Program-made: the position numbers and the translations under genes
The notes under the pieces: generated by a model
What the model was told of the DNA's origin: nothing
Databases searched by the model: none
Seen by the model: the letters and a program-made list of their open reading frames with translations, nothing else
Assembly: GCA_035084275.1 (NCBI GenBank)
Contig: CM068751.1
Coordinates: 4,774,001-4,838,000 of the forward strand
Direction: 5' to 3'
Length of the DNA: 64,000 nt
DNA from: Hydrolagus colliei
Lineage: Eukaryota
Shown here: one piece after another, positions 1-12,652 of the stretch
How the letters are laid out: every line of letters starts with the position of its first letter
How positions within the stretch are numbered: the stretch's first letter is position 1

Positions 1-1189
1 CTTGAGAAGAGGGAGTTCAGCTTATTAAAGGGTGGGGATGGAATGGATTCATTTGGTTTGCACTGCAATCCAGGCAGCATGTTAAGAATCAAAATCATTT
101 TATGGATTGAAGTGAGGAAATTGCAGTTTCCACTGAAATCAGCTCATTTGGCACAAATTAGGGAAGGAATCTTGGACTTTCTGTGTAAACTGACACAAGC
201 AAATAATGGCTGTTGCAGTGAAGGACTGGAGGTTGCCGATACCATGGTACAGTATCCTAGCAAAAGTTCCCACATCAGGAGAGTGGGGCAGGAAACTAGC
301 TAAAAAGATATGGATAGAAAATACATTGCTCTTTTTTTAAAAAAAGCAGTAATCCATATCATGCCATGTCACGTCAGGATCTCATCCTGACTGATTTGCT
401 TTTTTGGGAAAAAATGCTTTTACCAGATATGAAACAACTTGTGGTTTTACAGACCTGGAACATTTTAGCTTCAATAAAACTTTCTAAAGTTTTAATTACA
501 GCGGTTTGAGCAATTTTTGACTGCTTGAATTCAATTTAAGCTGCATTCCAAGCTCCGCAGTGTGACATGATGTGCCTGCATTGGTTGTCGTTAACACAAG
601 CCTGTCTTTTGTGATGAATTTCTTTGCAGTGTGCAGTAGCCTTGTGATATGCTGGCAGCCTTGGTAACTATCGATCCCTGGTATGTGGGGAGGAATTTAC
701 AGATCAGATTTTCAAAAATATATTTCAATTGCTATTAAGTCTGAACATGTTGGGAACATCAAGGATGTTTGATTTGAATTGGTCATATGAGAATGAAACA
801 GCAAGTCAATTCATTGTCTCATATTTTTGCATGATTCCCTGCAATAGTCTTAAATTATTACAAGAGGAACCTCGGGGATTCTGTTAGCACAGATGCAATG
901 TTTAATCGAGCTTCTTGCATGGGAGAAGTTCTTGAAATGGTGGTTGCACCTGATCTGGTGTTAATGCTTTGATTGTGAAAGCGATGACAGGTCACACGCC
1001 ACAGGCACCTTCTCTGAAGCGTGTTCGGGAAAACATTTCCCTTTCAAAATGAAAATTGTGGGGTTTTTTAAAGTTTTTTTTCCCCCATCACCACATCTTC
1101 GTTGATCAAGTTGTCCTCACCCAATGTCTACAGATGTGCACTAGAGTTCATAGGAAAGTGATTTCCTATGAAAGGAAAGAAGCACAAAG

Positions 1190-1340
1190 TGACTGTGTTT
1201 TCTCTCTACTTGCCTATGGATATTAAAGTCAGTCATATTGTCTTTACTGTCACCCCAACTGAGATTAGCTAATCCATCAAAAACTAAGGATACACCTGGG
1301 TCCTTTACATTTTGTATGGTTTGAGATCACATTGAGTTCT
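1190..1340 (-). mobile_element. Old tRNA-derived SINE fragment (AmnSINE2-like, 5' half)
   Basis: Core 'aactgagattagctaa' matches the copies at 19447 ('ggctgagatcagcta') and 37449 ('tctgacatcagctta'). Family name from recalled consensus. Confidence 0.5.
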
Positions 1341-1840
1341 GCATTTATTCACTGCAATTTAATGAAAATTTTTTTTTAAGGAGCTATTTAACTCCCTGCA
1401 ATATAATATCTATCGTTCCTGCTTAAATTCTTGGTTCTAGTTTTATCACTGAGCTCTTGAGCATCTCACTAATCCTTTTGTTCAGATTTTCCACCTCTGA
1501 AATGAGCCAACATCAAAGCTGTAGATATTTAAAACTGGAAACTAAGCAGTGTCGATTGCAATTTTAAAGCTGCATTTGAAACTCAGGAGGTAGGGTATAG
1601 TTATCAACAACCACAGTTTTGGTTTTCTGACCGATAATGGGCCTGAACCTGATCTTATTGCTCATAATTACTCCCGGATATCTGCTGTAAAAGAGGGCAT
1701 ACTACACCCAATGACTGGAAACCCAATATCACTTCAGTCAAGTCACATCCTTTGATTAGAGATTGAATTGGGATCTTATAGTCCAGTTGTAACGTTCATT
1801 GCCAAAGAATTGGAAAAAAAAAGGGAACTAGCCCCAAACA

Positions 1841-2140
1841 CCAACAAAATTCTATTCCATTTATATAGCGGCTTTCGTTTCAGGAGGATATTCCAAGGTG
1901 CTAGATAATCAGTGCTTCGGACCCGAGCTGGTGTCGGGATCAGGGAGGGGACGTGACCGGCGGCACAGTTGAAGAGGAGGTTCTCAAGGCAGGACTTGAA
2001 GGAGGCTAGAGAGAGGGTGAGGCAGAAGGATTGTGGGATGGAATTCCAACGGTTGGTGGCATGGTGGCTGAAGGCTCACCCGCCGATGGTGGGGTGAGGG
2101 TGATAGGTTTGCGGAGCCTAGAGCAGGAGAGGACATGGGC
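1841..2140 (-). mobile_element. L2-clade LINE 3' end, 5'-truncated
   Basis: Reverse complement aligns with the 3' part of the L2 copy at about 17150-17462 (ggcgggYgagccttcagccac, ccttcaagtcYtgcct, cagctcgggtcYgaagca, and the tail stem-loop). Confidence 0.85.
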
Positions 2141-3099
2141 TGCAGAGTTCTGGATGATCTACAGCAGCATAAAGTAAAGCTATCAGGAAAGAGGTTTAAG
2201 GATGTATGTCACCTCAGACTTCAGAACGTGTTGGAAAACGTCTTTTGTTTTGTAATGGCATTGGAGCATTGCTGGCTCATCAGGCACATCTACCTGTGCC
2301 ATGCTTTAAGTGACACCGACACTCCATATCACTTCTGAGTCACATCCTTGGACTTGTTCCGTGACCATCACAATCCTGTGTCTTATAGAAGGCAATTTAT
2401 TCTCCAATAATTGAATGCCAGCCCCTGCTTCAGATGATGAACCTCTACACCAGTGCCATGAGGCAAAACATGTTCATCTGGTTTCTATATTGGAGGAGCA
2501 GTTTGTGATTGTAAGGCTGTAACTTGATCAAGGGCTTCAGTTGATGGCTGTGGGTGGTCGTCCTGGTTGATGATCCCACCCAAATGATTCAATTCGAACC
2601 TTCTCCTTTTGTTCCCTGCCAGCACGCTATTATCTTAAACGCATTCAATGCACTTGTTTTAAAATAAAAATCTTCCAACCGTTGTACAACATTAGTGTTC
2701 AATTTAAGGGCAATTTCATCCCTTTTAACTTCACGTCTTGACTGCTAGACTTCTCAGCAGTAGCTGGCAATTCCAGTCATGTTTAAGGCCATGCTGACTC
2801 CAACTGCCTTGTTCAGTCTTTTTGTTGTGTTCCTTCAACCTTGCTTTATCATCTCTTGAATTGGGATGTAGTTTTCCACCATTCCTTTTTCTAATGATTG
2901 TCACAATTCACCACTTTTCCTCACTCCTCTATCTTCCCCTGCCCCCACCCATGTTCTCTGACACTCTTAATTGATCAACTCCTCAAAGTTGTCTGTCCAT
3001 TCCTTCTTTCTGTGACTCCCCGTGACCCATTCGCTAATTTAATCCCCATTGAACTCAGAGCTGACACCATGAGCCAGCCACCAATTATTGAAGCGCTGC

Positions 3100-3240
3100 A
3101 TATTTGAATGTCTGCTCTACTGACATTTATATATCCTATTTGAATACATCATATTTAATATATAATATTTAATATATCTGTATATACAATATTTAATATA
3201 TAATATTTAATATATAATATTTGAATTGCGCTCTACTGAA
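3100..3240. repeat. AT-rich minisatellite (atatttaatatata units) bracketed by a short direct repeat
   Basis: Repeated 'atatttaatatataat' units lie between 'tgaatgtctgctctactga' and 'tgaattgcgctctactga'. Confidence 0.7.
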
Positions 3241-4639
3241 GCAACCCTACTCAATTTGCAAAATATGTAGGTTTTACTGCACTTTTAATGCAGAATTTTG
3301 CACTTGTGGCTTTCAAAGGATCAGAATCCAGGGTGGCCACTGCTGGTGTGTGTGTGTGGCAGTGTGTGATATTCTGGAAGATCTGGACAATTTTCTTTTT
3401 GGCCACACATAGGGGAATTGATCCCATGGCACTATTCCAAAGCATTAAGAGTTTCTCTCAGTGCCCTGGCCGACAGAAATCCTCTGAATAAATTGGTCAT
3501 TTATTGCCCAGCTATAAAACCGCAGCCAATTTGCACACAGCAGGTCGCATAACCCAGGTCACTTTGACTTGACAGCACTTACCTGTGAAGCATATTGAGT
3601 TGTTTCATTGCGGTAGATGCTATTTCAAATGTAAAGATTATCCTTACATTACTTATTTATCCATAAAGCATAGGTTGTTTGAGTTGCAAGCATTGTGTGT
3701 GTGTGTGCTGTTTTATGTTTCTGCTGCATTGTTCACTAACCAAGGTGCAGTACTTTGTGGTCTAAAAGTTGCACAGCAAAAGAGAAGAGCAGATACTATA
3801 ATTAGTTTTAGAAATAAAATTCAGCACCATCGTCTTTGTGCAGATCTGCTGCCTTGTCTTGTGAAACTGCCATTGCTTCAAGTACAGCCCAGCGAAGGAA
3901 TAGGACATCTGCAAATATAACCTTAGCTCAGATCAATCCTTCTCTTTTCCTATCGTACATTTAATTTTGTTTGTTTGTGTGCGTTTTGTCATGTTTAGAG
4001 CTTAAAGGTTTCTGAGCTGTAAATTTATTTTGATGGAGTCTGCCCTGACTGGAAGGGACGCTAACTAATTGAGGATTGCAAAGAGATCGATAGCCCCCGA
4101 GTGATCCAATGGCCCTTTAGCAAAGATGGTATTGACACAAGACTTGAAGAGCATGCTCTGGGAAATCAGATGCCTCGTATTCAGGCCCGCGACTGCAGAC
4201 CTTGAAGTATCTTGTGGCCGGTTGTATTGATTGCTCTGAATACCAGAGGGGATAAACTGGCTTGTGCAAGATTCATACCATTGCTGCAAAATTAGTGCCG
4301 ATTGCTTAGTCAAATGGAATGAACAATAATGTGTGGAAAATCCCTGAGAGCTTGAACTGTTGGATAATTAAATTAATGTGGTATACAATTACCGTTAATG
4401 TATACTATATATATATATATATTATTTTGAACCCTTAGAAATGCTTCGAACTCTTTCCAACTCAGACAGGTCAAGTCCTTTCAATGTTCGGGTTATAATG
4501 GTTGGTCGGATTTTCGTTTTCCGAGCTAAGCGGAGCCTGGGGTTCGTATTGATCAGGAGAAAAAACACTACATATAGTATCGCTCAGAATACTGAGCCAT
4601 ACTCCTTGAATGTTGCGCCAATGCTATTACATCTACTGT

Positions 4640-4735
4640 TAATTACAATGCCATCGCAACACTTCACAGTGATTCCTGTGAAGCGTTTAGAGACGTCGCG
4701 ACAAAATGACATCTCAAATGCATGGATTATGATTC
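4640..4735 (+). mobile_element. SINE 3' tail fragment (L2-type tail)
   Basis: 'ctgtgaagcgtttagagacgtc...tcaaatgcatggattatgatt' matches the tail of the full SINE at 48040-48347. Confidence 0.65.
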
Positions 4736-6084
4736 TAGATGTGGGTGTTATCTTTCGTTTATCGTATTAGACCTGAAAGCTACAATCCATTGCAAACAAA
4801 TTTTACGGTCTGGGAATAGATTCTCAATGTGTAACGAGTCTGTGTGTTTATTAAGTAGCAATGGCCTGAAGTCATTCCACTTTTTAAGAAGATAAAATTG
4901 TTGAAGCTGGGCACTGTGCCAGGCCCCAGGAGCTTGTGCTGTACTGTTTTTACTCAATTTAAAGAAAAGGAGTTGACCTCAGCAGCAATAATGCTGGTTG
5001 TGTTCATGTCAACTCTACAGGAAGTCTTTCTGCTGCTCCCTGTCTTTGTGCCTCAACTCAGTGGATCCAGCTGTTGATTTGTCAAATTTTGAGGGTTATT
5101 TTAAAAATAGATCTCTTTAACTTTCGGAGTAATTGGGTCATGTTGATTTTGGTTCTGACACTGTGGCAGTACCGCTGTAAACAAAAACTACTTTAGCCAC
5201 CCAGGGAAGGCTGGTAATGGGAAGGTCGTTGAAGGCTGCACTGACATTTCCCAGTAATTGTCATTGATTTCAGTGAAAAAGAAACAACAGGGTGGATTTT
5301 TTTTTAAAGAAACATTATGGCTGCTGGCTAACAATTTAAAGGTCACACATTTGTACTATGTCCTGTTACCTGATGTTGTGGAGCCTTTGATGCTGACTGT
5401 GCAGTAGCCGTGTCGGAGGTTAGCATGCTGCTTTGGTTCTGAGCCATCAAATGCTGAGTAAATATTGAGATGATAGCAGGCTCCTAGTTTTCCTGTATGA
5501 ATTAGAAGAGGGATAAATTTAAGAAACTTAATCTGTGTGCAGAGCAGCTCAGGACCATTGTGGGAAATTAGAAGATCAGTCCTCCCCCAGGATGTGCTAC
5601 ATCTCACTGCACCTGGTCTGTGTAGTGAGCCATGTTTTTGATGGAGGTTATTTTTGTACTAAAACAGTGGCCAGGAATCCCCTGCGACCAACTATCAGTA
5701 TATCTCAAATGATCAATCCCACTTTGATCAATTTATTGAGAAGAGGAGCACTCATTCATCAGTTCCAATTAATTGTCTGCTTTCTCAGGAGTCTCACACT
5801 CTCTTCATTTCCATCACACTTTAGGTGTCAATGGCTCTACTCACTCCTGCAAATGCCACCAGTGTGTCAGTCTCACGGTAATGGGGCATGCAGCTTTGAG
5901 AGACTCTTCTCCAGCCACAGAAGAATGGTTTTTACTGAATTGTCAGCAGCTATAGTGATTGAGTGACTTTGTATCCCTGATTGCTGCTCGCCCTATCCTA
6001 CCTGATGTGATTCAAATCAACAACCTGTACCAAAATAAGTTGCCTTTGCAAAGATTGCAATTGAAATTCCTTGTCAGTCGTATA

Positions 6085-6172
6085 ACTTTCCAGGAACCAT
6101 TGCTGAAAAGCGTGGAGACATTGAGTGAGGACAGGATCTGGCTATACTGTGATCTCTTCTGCCTATAACCCT
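6085..6172 (+). mobile_element. AmnSINE2-like central fragment
   Basis: 'gctgaaaagcgtggagacattgagtgaggacaggatctggctatactgtgat' resembles the recalled AmnSINE2 middle and, in reverse, the 37280-37340 region. Confidence 0.45.
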
Positions 6173-6244
6173 TCTGCCTAATCCAGACATTTAGCTCCAC
6201 TGGAAAGGTCTTTGGTCAGGTCAAATTTCTAGCCTATTTAACTC

Positions 6245-6384
6245 ATTATAGCCTTGACATTTGAAAGCTGTATAACATTTACAGGTCAGCCAGGTGCCTC
6301 ACCACATGTGGAAACCCATCTGCACATGTCAGGTACCTGACTGACCAAAAATGTTACATGGCTTATAAGTTATCAAAAGATAAT
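6245..6384. repeat. Long imperfect palindrome (fold-back element)
   Basis: Left arm tgacatttgaaagctgtataacatttacaggtcagccaggtgcctc..acatgtg aligns with the reverse complement of the right arm, tgataacttataagccatgtaacatttttggtcagtcaggtacctgacatgtg. Confidence 0.8.
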
Positions 6385-8287
6385 TACTGTGGGAATGTCT
6401 GACGGTATAAAAAGCCGTGTAACCTGTTACAAATCCTTGTCATGTTCCTCGGTGTTCAGATCTGAGTCAATTAAAACCACTTACATAATGGATTTTTGAA
6501 ATTGTTGAGTTTTAAAGTGCTGTACATACAGCCAATGAGGTGTCACCATGACCTTGATCAGCAGAATAAATGATTGCGTACATTTGATTTCCTTATTTAG
6601 ATTCTGTTGAGCTGAAAATTTGACATTGCGGGGACAGAAACTGTAAATCCTATTTGCCATGTGCTAATTAGTGTAGTTTACCTTGGTAAATTAGGCCACA
6701 TTTTTCTAATTTATAGTTTTTCCACTGGGGACAAAGTAGTATTCTCCATAACTTTCATGAAAACTGACTTAACTTTCCCCTCAGCTAGAAGAACTACAAT
6801 ATTTTCTAATTAACCTAATTTGTGAACTGCACCTACCTGTGACATGTAGTATGATGCTTAAATTAGCATAATGATTCTGCATTAAATTTAAGCAACACAA
6901 GGATTTGGGGGTAAAAGCAGAATTAACCTTATTTGTAAATATAAATGATTGCCACTTCAAATATCTGTAAGCACTTATTGATTTTATAATTGCCATGTTT
7001 GAAAAGTCAGGACTTTGGGCTCTCACAGATGCAGTTATACAAAGTGCAATCTAGCTGCAACCTGACTCTCCAATAGCTTCACAAATGAACTGCCATCTGA
7101 TGCAGGGTAAGAACATCTCTGAGCGAGTCACTTACATAACTGTGGTCTACCAGCCTTGAATCACTTGATCACCAAATCCAATTTGTGGCATAATTAAATA
7201 TCCCAAATGGTTGTGAAAACGCTTCCTTTTTATACTGTTACTCTGAATAACGAATGGCTCCAATGCTTGGATTAAAGCTTTGTAATGACCGCAGTTTTTA
7301 TTCCCAACTGTACAATTGGGTGTAGTCTATTTCTGGTAAGCTGCTGACCATGTAAAATATGCAGATTTTGCTGAGTTCTAGATCTCTGTGCGTTCCCCAG
7401 GAGAAGGGAAATAGAAAGACCAGGATCACTCTCAGATTATTTTCCATGATCGGATCTTCCTGTGGCCTGGGGAGCAGGAAACCCAGCTGCAGTCCCTTAG
7501 CTGCTGGCTCATATGTGACCCAGTGAGAAAATCATGTGATTTTATTTGGGTTACACCAATGTTTTTTCCTTTTATTTGCTGGCTTCCTTGAACAATGGCA
7601 AAAGAACACGCGAGCGAGAAGCACCTACAGCAATCGTTCTTGACCAGTTTCAAGGCCTGTTCTTAAGAGATCTCCAGAGGCTCAAATAAAAGATGGGATT
7701 TCAGTCAGCCGGGCAGTTTGATAAAGTTTGGTGATGAAACTCATGAGAAACGATGTTCAGAATTGGAGATAATATTGAAAAATATAATTGTTTAAAATAA
7801 CAAATCTGAAAATTAAATTGGGTTGTGTATAATAATAATAATAATAAATAGGTTGTGTGTTTACTGACAGTCTGTGGTATTTCACTGATGTTAATAAACT
7901 GCTCATGCTTTCATACTTGTGTTGTATGTCATTATTAGAACTGCTTGATAGAACTCTGTGTTTGGCAGCTATTCTCCAATAATTCTTTCGTGCATGATCA
8001 TTGAATAAATGAGCTCCTCAAAAATAACTCAGTACAGTTTTAGGAGATGTGACGTATCCTTTTTAAGCAATGAAACAAAATGCTTGCACACCAACTTTAG
8101 AAATGCAGCAAGAGCTGACAGAGTCCCCTTTGCCAAAAAAAAGCTGACGACTCAAAATAAGCCCTAAATATAGGGCTGTAACCTGTGAAAACAAGTTCTA
8201 GGCAACATTTGAATTCAGTAATAAGTATTTTGTTTATCACTATTACACGCACACCCTGTCCCATTTGTTTTGGCTGCTACTGGAAGG

Positions 8288-8995
8288 TGTAGAATTGTAG
8301 GTTTATTTGAATCATTGGGTTTATTTTATGTTTATTAAGTAAATCCAATGTATATAATAGGTAGTATAACATTAGAAATTTAGGTTTAAACTAAGAAGGC
8401 TGCAGAATTGCAGAAAACAGCCCTGTCTGTAAAAGAACTGAATCTAGCCAGGTTGGCACCAATTGTAGTAGATATGATAAGTGTGAAGGACGGAGAACAG
8501 TAAACATGTTCAGTTGAAGACATCAATACAGATATTCTTTGTCTCCCCAAGGGTAAGAAGTCACAGGGTAAGCAAGAAGGCAGACAAACAGGCCTTGGTC
8601 GATGGGAAAGTGTTTTACAATAAGATATTTTGAGAAAATAGGAATGTTTGAGAACCGTTCTGCTAGTCAAGATAAGCGAGGCTGGTGGAGAAGTATAAAG
8701 ATAGGAGAAAAAGAGTGGCTCATCACAACAGTCGAGGAGTGTCTCGGGGTAGAAACCGAGATCTCCAGCCTGCCGCTGTTGTCCAGAACAACTGGAACGG
8801 GTAGCATGATTCCAGTTGTTCTGTTTTACAGGCAGGGAAAGAGCAAGCGCCTGGTAGTATTGTTCTGTTCATGTTTGTAATGTTTTGTAGTGTGTGTTTG
8901 CATAAGTAAAAATGAACCAGCTTCAGCCAATACAGTATCATCAGTTATTTCGGAACCTAAAGCGTTAAGATCAGTGCTCGGGTCTTTCTCCAACA
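8288..8995 (+). mobile_element. Probable solo LTR
   Basis: TGT...ACA termini; flanks gaagg/gaatg form a 5-bp TSD with 1 mismatch; TATAAA at 8694-8699; AGTAAA poly(A)-signal variant near 8905; U3-R-U5-like order. Confidence 0.65.
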
Positions 8996-9908
8996 GAATG
9001 TAAACTCAATCAATCTAGCATCCTATAAGCAATGTGCTGTAATCTAGTTCTGTGATTTTTAAAAATATGTACATAAAGGGATTCTAAATGACTAAGATCT
9101 GTTTAGCTCAGTAAGGAATAGCAAGTCTGAGCTGAGCTTTAATCCTGCAGTTTCAGAAATAATGTGACAAATTACCTTATTATAGGACGGCAAAATGTTT
9201 ATTATCTACATACACAAATCATTGTTTTGAAGGTACTTTACCCTCTTTCTCAAAAGCAGAACTACTTTGTCCATTTTGTATTAAAAAAGGCTCGAATGGT
9301 GAATGAGGCTCCAATTCCGTAGGTACTCACCATTTAAATCAAGTGGTCACTTCAAGAACAGGTCACCAAAGCCCTAGGACAACGGTAGTACATCCCTTAT
9401 GCAGATGTGATACAGATAATATATCCTGTGAAGCACTTTGAGACGTTGTTTTGAGATGCAAGGCCCTATATCTATTGTTTTACTATTACTCAATGCAAAA
9501 TTGTTATCTTTCCCCGTGTGTGAGCATTGATTTCTATACATTTTTTGCACATTAAACTTTCTGTTAATTTTTCTTTTTATCAACTACCTTTTCTTCTCCT
9601 TTGCTTCCATCCCCAATATGATTATTTTACACGTGTTTTTCAAATATGAGGCATTTTCAGCTATTTATAAATTTTCTGTTCAGCTCAGTTAGGATTGGGA
9701 AGTATGGGGCAGAGATCTGGGATCCTGCGGTTTGGGAAATAATATGTGAAATGACCTTAATAGTCCAGTTGAAATCCAAGCTGCTGAATGGACTGTGAGA
9801 AATACATCCCAGGCATTGGAAAAATAAGCTTCATCCTGTTCGAAATCCGTTTCCATTTGGAATCCAGCTGTGATGTGTGTACGTACTTGCAGTGATGCTG
9901 ATGTTTTA

Positions 9909-9976
9909 AGTGCTTTGGGACATCCTCCTGACGTGAAAGACGCTATACAAGTGTAATTTTATTGTTTGCTGTTGTA
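9909..9976 (+). mobile_element. L2 tail-only insertion
   Basis: 'agtgctttgggacatcctcctgacgtgaaagacgctatacaagtgtaattttattgtt' matches the terminal ~65 nt of the L2 copy ending at 17462. Confidence 0.8.
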
Positions 9977-10867
9977 AAGGCGGTTCCAGTTATTTGGATC
10001 GAACACACATAGATTATTCCTAGCAGGATGCGGAATTCCGTGAGGTTTTTTCAGGGATGCATTACTATACTTGTAACCAGTGGGAAAGGGCAATGTTCTG
10101 GTTTCCACTGTTATGACAACCTGTCAAATGACTTAAAAGATGAAGAGAGAGGGGGATGGGGGGGACAAACACAAGATGCACTTAATGTTTAGCAATGTCG
10201 CTGCGCAGAGTAACCCCATATCCTCATCGGGCCTGAAAACCAGGGAAATTCAACTGGAGACCTGGATTCTGATCAATGAAAGACATGTTTCAGTTCACAG
10301 CGTTTAAAGTGGGGTGGTTGAAGTATAACCATGCATTATAGATGGGGCAAGAGCTGACTGAAACATAGCTTCTTACCGGACTGATTTGTAAAGACTTCAC
10401 TCGAGCTAAAACGCTTAATCTCAATTAATGAAGAAATAACCGCTCGAAAATAATTTATTATTTTCTTGATATATCACTGCCTTAATCTTTACCCTTGGAG
10501 CTATGAGTTATAAAACTACTTGTTCCTTCTGTCTGTGGGGTGAGGAACACACACGGGTGCCGGTATATTGTAACAGATAGCAGAATGAAAAATCATTTCA
10601 TTCTACAGATCTAATGCTAATCCGACCCGATAGTTTGACAGTAACTGTTGGACTCTGAGCTCAGTGATGGATGAAGTATACTTTTTAGCTTCTCCTTGTG
10701 GGCATATTGAATGAGTTATTGACAAGAACAGAAGGAATGGAACACATTTCCTGCAGTGTTTAAACAAATCTCCAGATTGGTGGGTCAAGGACTGAAATTT
10801 CTGTAAATTGAATGACCAAGTACCTTCGCCATTAGGATGGTGGGAAAATAACCAGATATTGGGGCAA

Positions 10868-10873
10868 GAGAGA

Positions 10874-10906
<33 letters not shown>

Positions 10907-10909
10907 AGA
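10868..10909. repeat. (GA)n microsatellite interrupted by (GC)n
   Basis: gagagagcgcgcgcgcgagagagag... read directly. Confidence 0.9.
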
Positions 10910-11632
10910 AAGCAAGTATTCAGAAAACATTCTCAAAACAAAGAAAATAATCAACATTACATTAGGTGGGATGTCTCTTGCAGATGTATAAATGTGGATG
11001 GTAGAGGTGAAAGAAAATGAGAAACACCTTTAACCAGCTGTTTTCTGAGTTGAGCAGGAATAGACTAAGAATAATAGAGTACTTTATCCAAACAGTCCAT
11101 TAGCAGCTGTTTCTCTCGTAAACTGTGGAGTGAAGGTCAGGGTCAAGACTGATTTCTCTGGGAGGATACACTTGCATCCTTTCAGTTTCCTAATGGTGAA
11201 TACTGATTCAAAAGGAAGTCCCTTTTGCTCCAGATGGGGATGGTTGGAGGGCAAAGGTTTATCAGTGTGTTGTTCTGCAACAATGCTCCAAGGCAAACAG
11301 ACCATTGTACCAGACGTCTGCCAAATAAAAAGAGTCAAGTTCAAACTTCAAAGGTTGACCCACAAGTTAAATGCATTGATGAGCCATTTTGGTTCAACTA
11401 CCTCTTGGTTGTAATGTCAACAGAAACTTTCCATCATTCCTGTAAAGGCTGATGAACAGACGGTTTAATAACCTGATGTAGAATTTAGGATTCCCTGCTG
11501 GTTTTATGACCTTGTGTGTCCTTGGAAGGTAGGGCAGTTATGCCTCTGTTAAGATTCCTCTGTTGCACTGGAGAAATGTGTAGAAGCATTGGCTGCGGGG
11601 AGTCAAAGGAGAAGAAAATGATTACTCTTTAG

Positions 11633-12652
11633 TAGGGAACGGCGATATATTGATATATCGCTAAAACCCGATATAATTTTCATATCGATATGCTGATATA
11701 GACATTTTAAAAATATCAATATATCGAAAAAACGATATATCGAGATAAAAAATCGGGATGCGAGCACACTGAACTACAAGACCCAGAATGCTCATCTCTA
11801 TACACAATGCACAGACCGAGGTGCAAAGCCGCCATCTTGTATTCATAGTCCTCGAATACAATATACAGGTATGCAAAGGGTGGGGGGAGAGAGACGGCTG
11901 TGGGTGGGGGGGGTGAGGGGGAGAGAGACTGCTGGGGGGGGGATTGAGGGGGAGAGAGACGGCTGGGGGGGGGGGGGGGTGAGGGGGAGAGAGACGGCTG
12001 GGGGGAGGGGGAGATAGATGGCTGGGGGGAGAGGGAGAGAGAGACTTTGGGGGGAGAGGGAGAGAGAGACTTCAGGGGGGGGGAGGAGAGGGGGAGAGAG
12101 ACGGCTGGGGGGGGAGGGAGAGAGAGATGGCGGGGGGGGGGGAGGAGAGGGGGAGAGAGACGGCTGGGGGGAGGGGGAGAGAGACGGCTGGGGGGGGGAG
12201 GGAGAGAGAGACGGCGGGGGTGGGGGGAGGGAGAAAGAGACGGCTGGGGGGAGGGGGAGAGAGACGGCTGGGGGGTGGTGGGGGAGAGAGACGACGGGGG
12301 TGGGGGGTGCGAGAGAGGGACGGCGGGGGGGTGGGGGGAGAGACGGGGTGGATGTGATAATATACAGATAGATAGAGATGGGGGGGGATGTGAGAGAGGA
12401 GAGAGGGAGAGAGACATAGAGAGACACAGACAGAAAAACACAGAGATGGAGAGAGTGAGAGATACAGAGAGAAAAATATATTTACCTCCTGAGAAGATAG
12501 GCCCCGAATGCGCGCGCACCCGCAATGCACGCGTAATCCGATGCGCGCGCATGCGCAGTACGAAAAAATAGAAAATATCGGTATTTCGGTATATCTCGAT
12601 ATGAGCCAACCGATATATCCATATCGGGAAATTCCCATATCGCCGGACCCTA
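11633..12652. mobile_element. Non-autonomous hAT DNA transposon (1020 bp)
   Basis: Perfect 8-bp TSD CTCTTTAG (11625-11632 and 12653-12660). 16-bp terminal inverted repeats (TIRs) TAGGGAACGGCGATAT / TAGGGTCCGGCGATAT. Dense subterminal CGATAT/ATATCG motifs at both ends. No transposase ORF. Confidence 0.93.
11878..12350 (+). repeat. G-rich minisatellite inside the hAT element
   Basis: Tandem units of about GGGGGAGAGAGACGGCTGGGGG(G)n with variable G-run lengths. Confidence 0.92.

Noticed and set aside
11716-12638. Long overlapping ORFs (up to 297 aa, Pro/Ser- or Gly/Glu/Arg-rich)
   Set aside because: They are open only because the G-rich minisatellite lacks stop codons; no transposase motifs.
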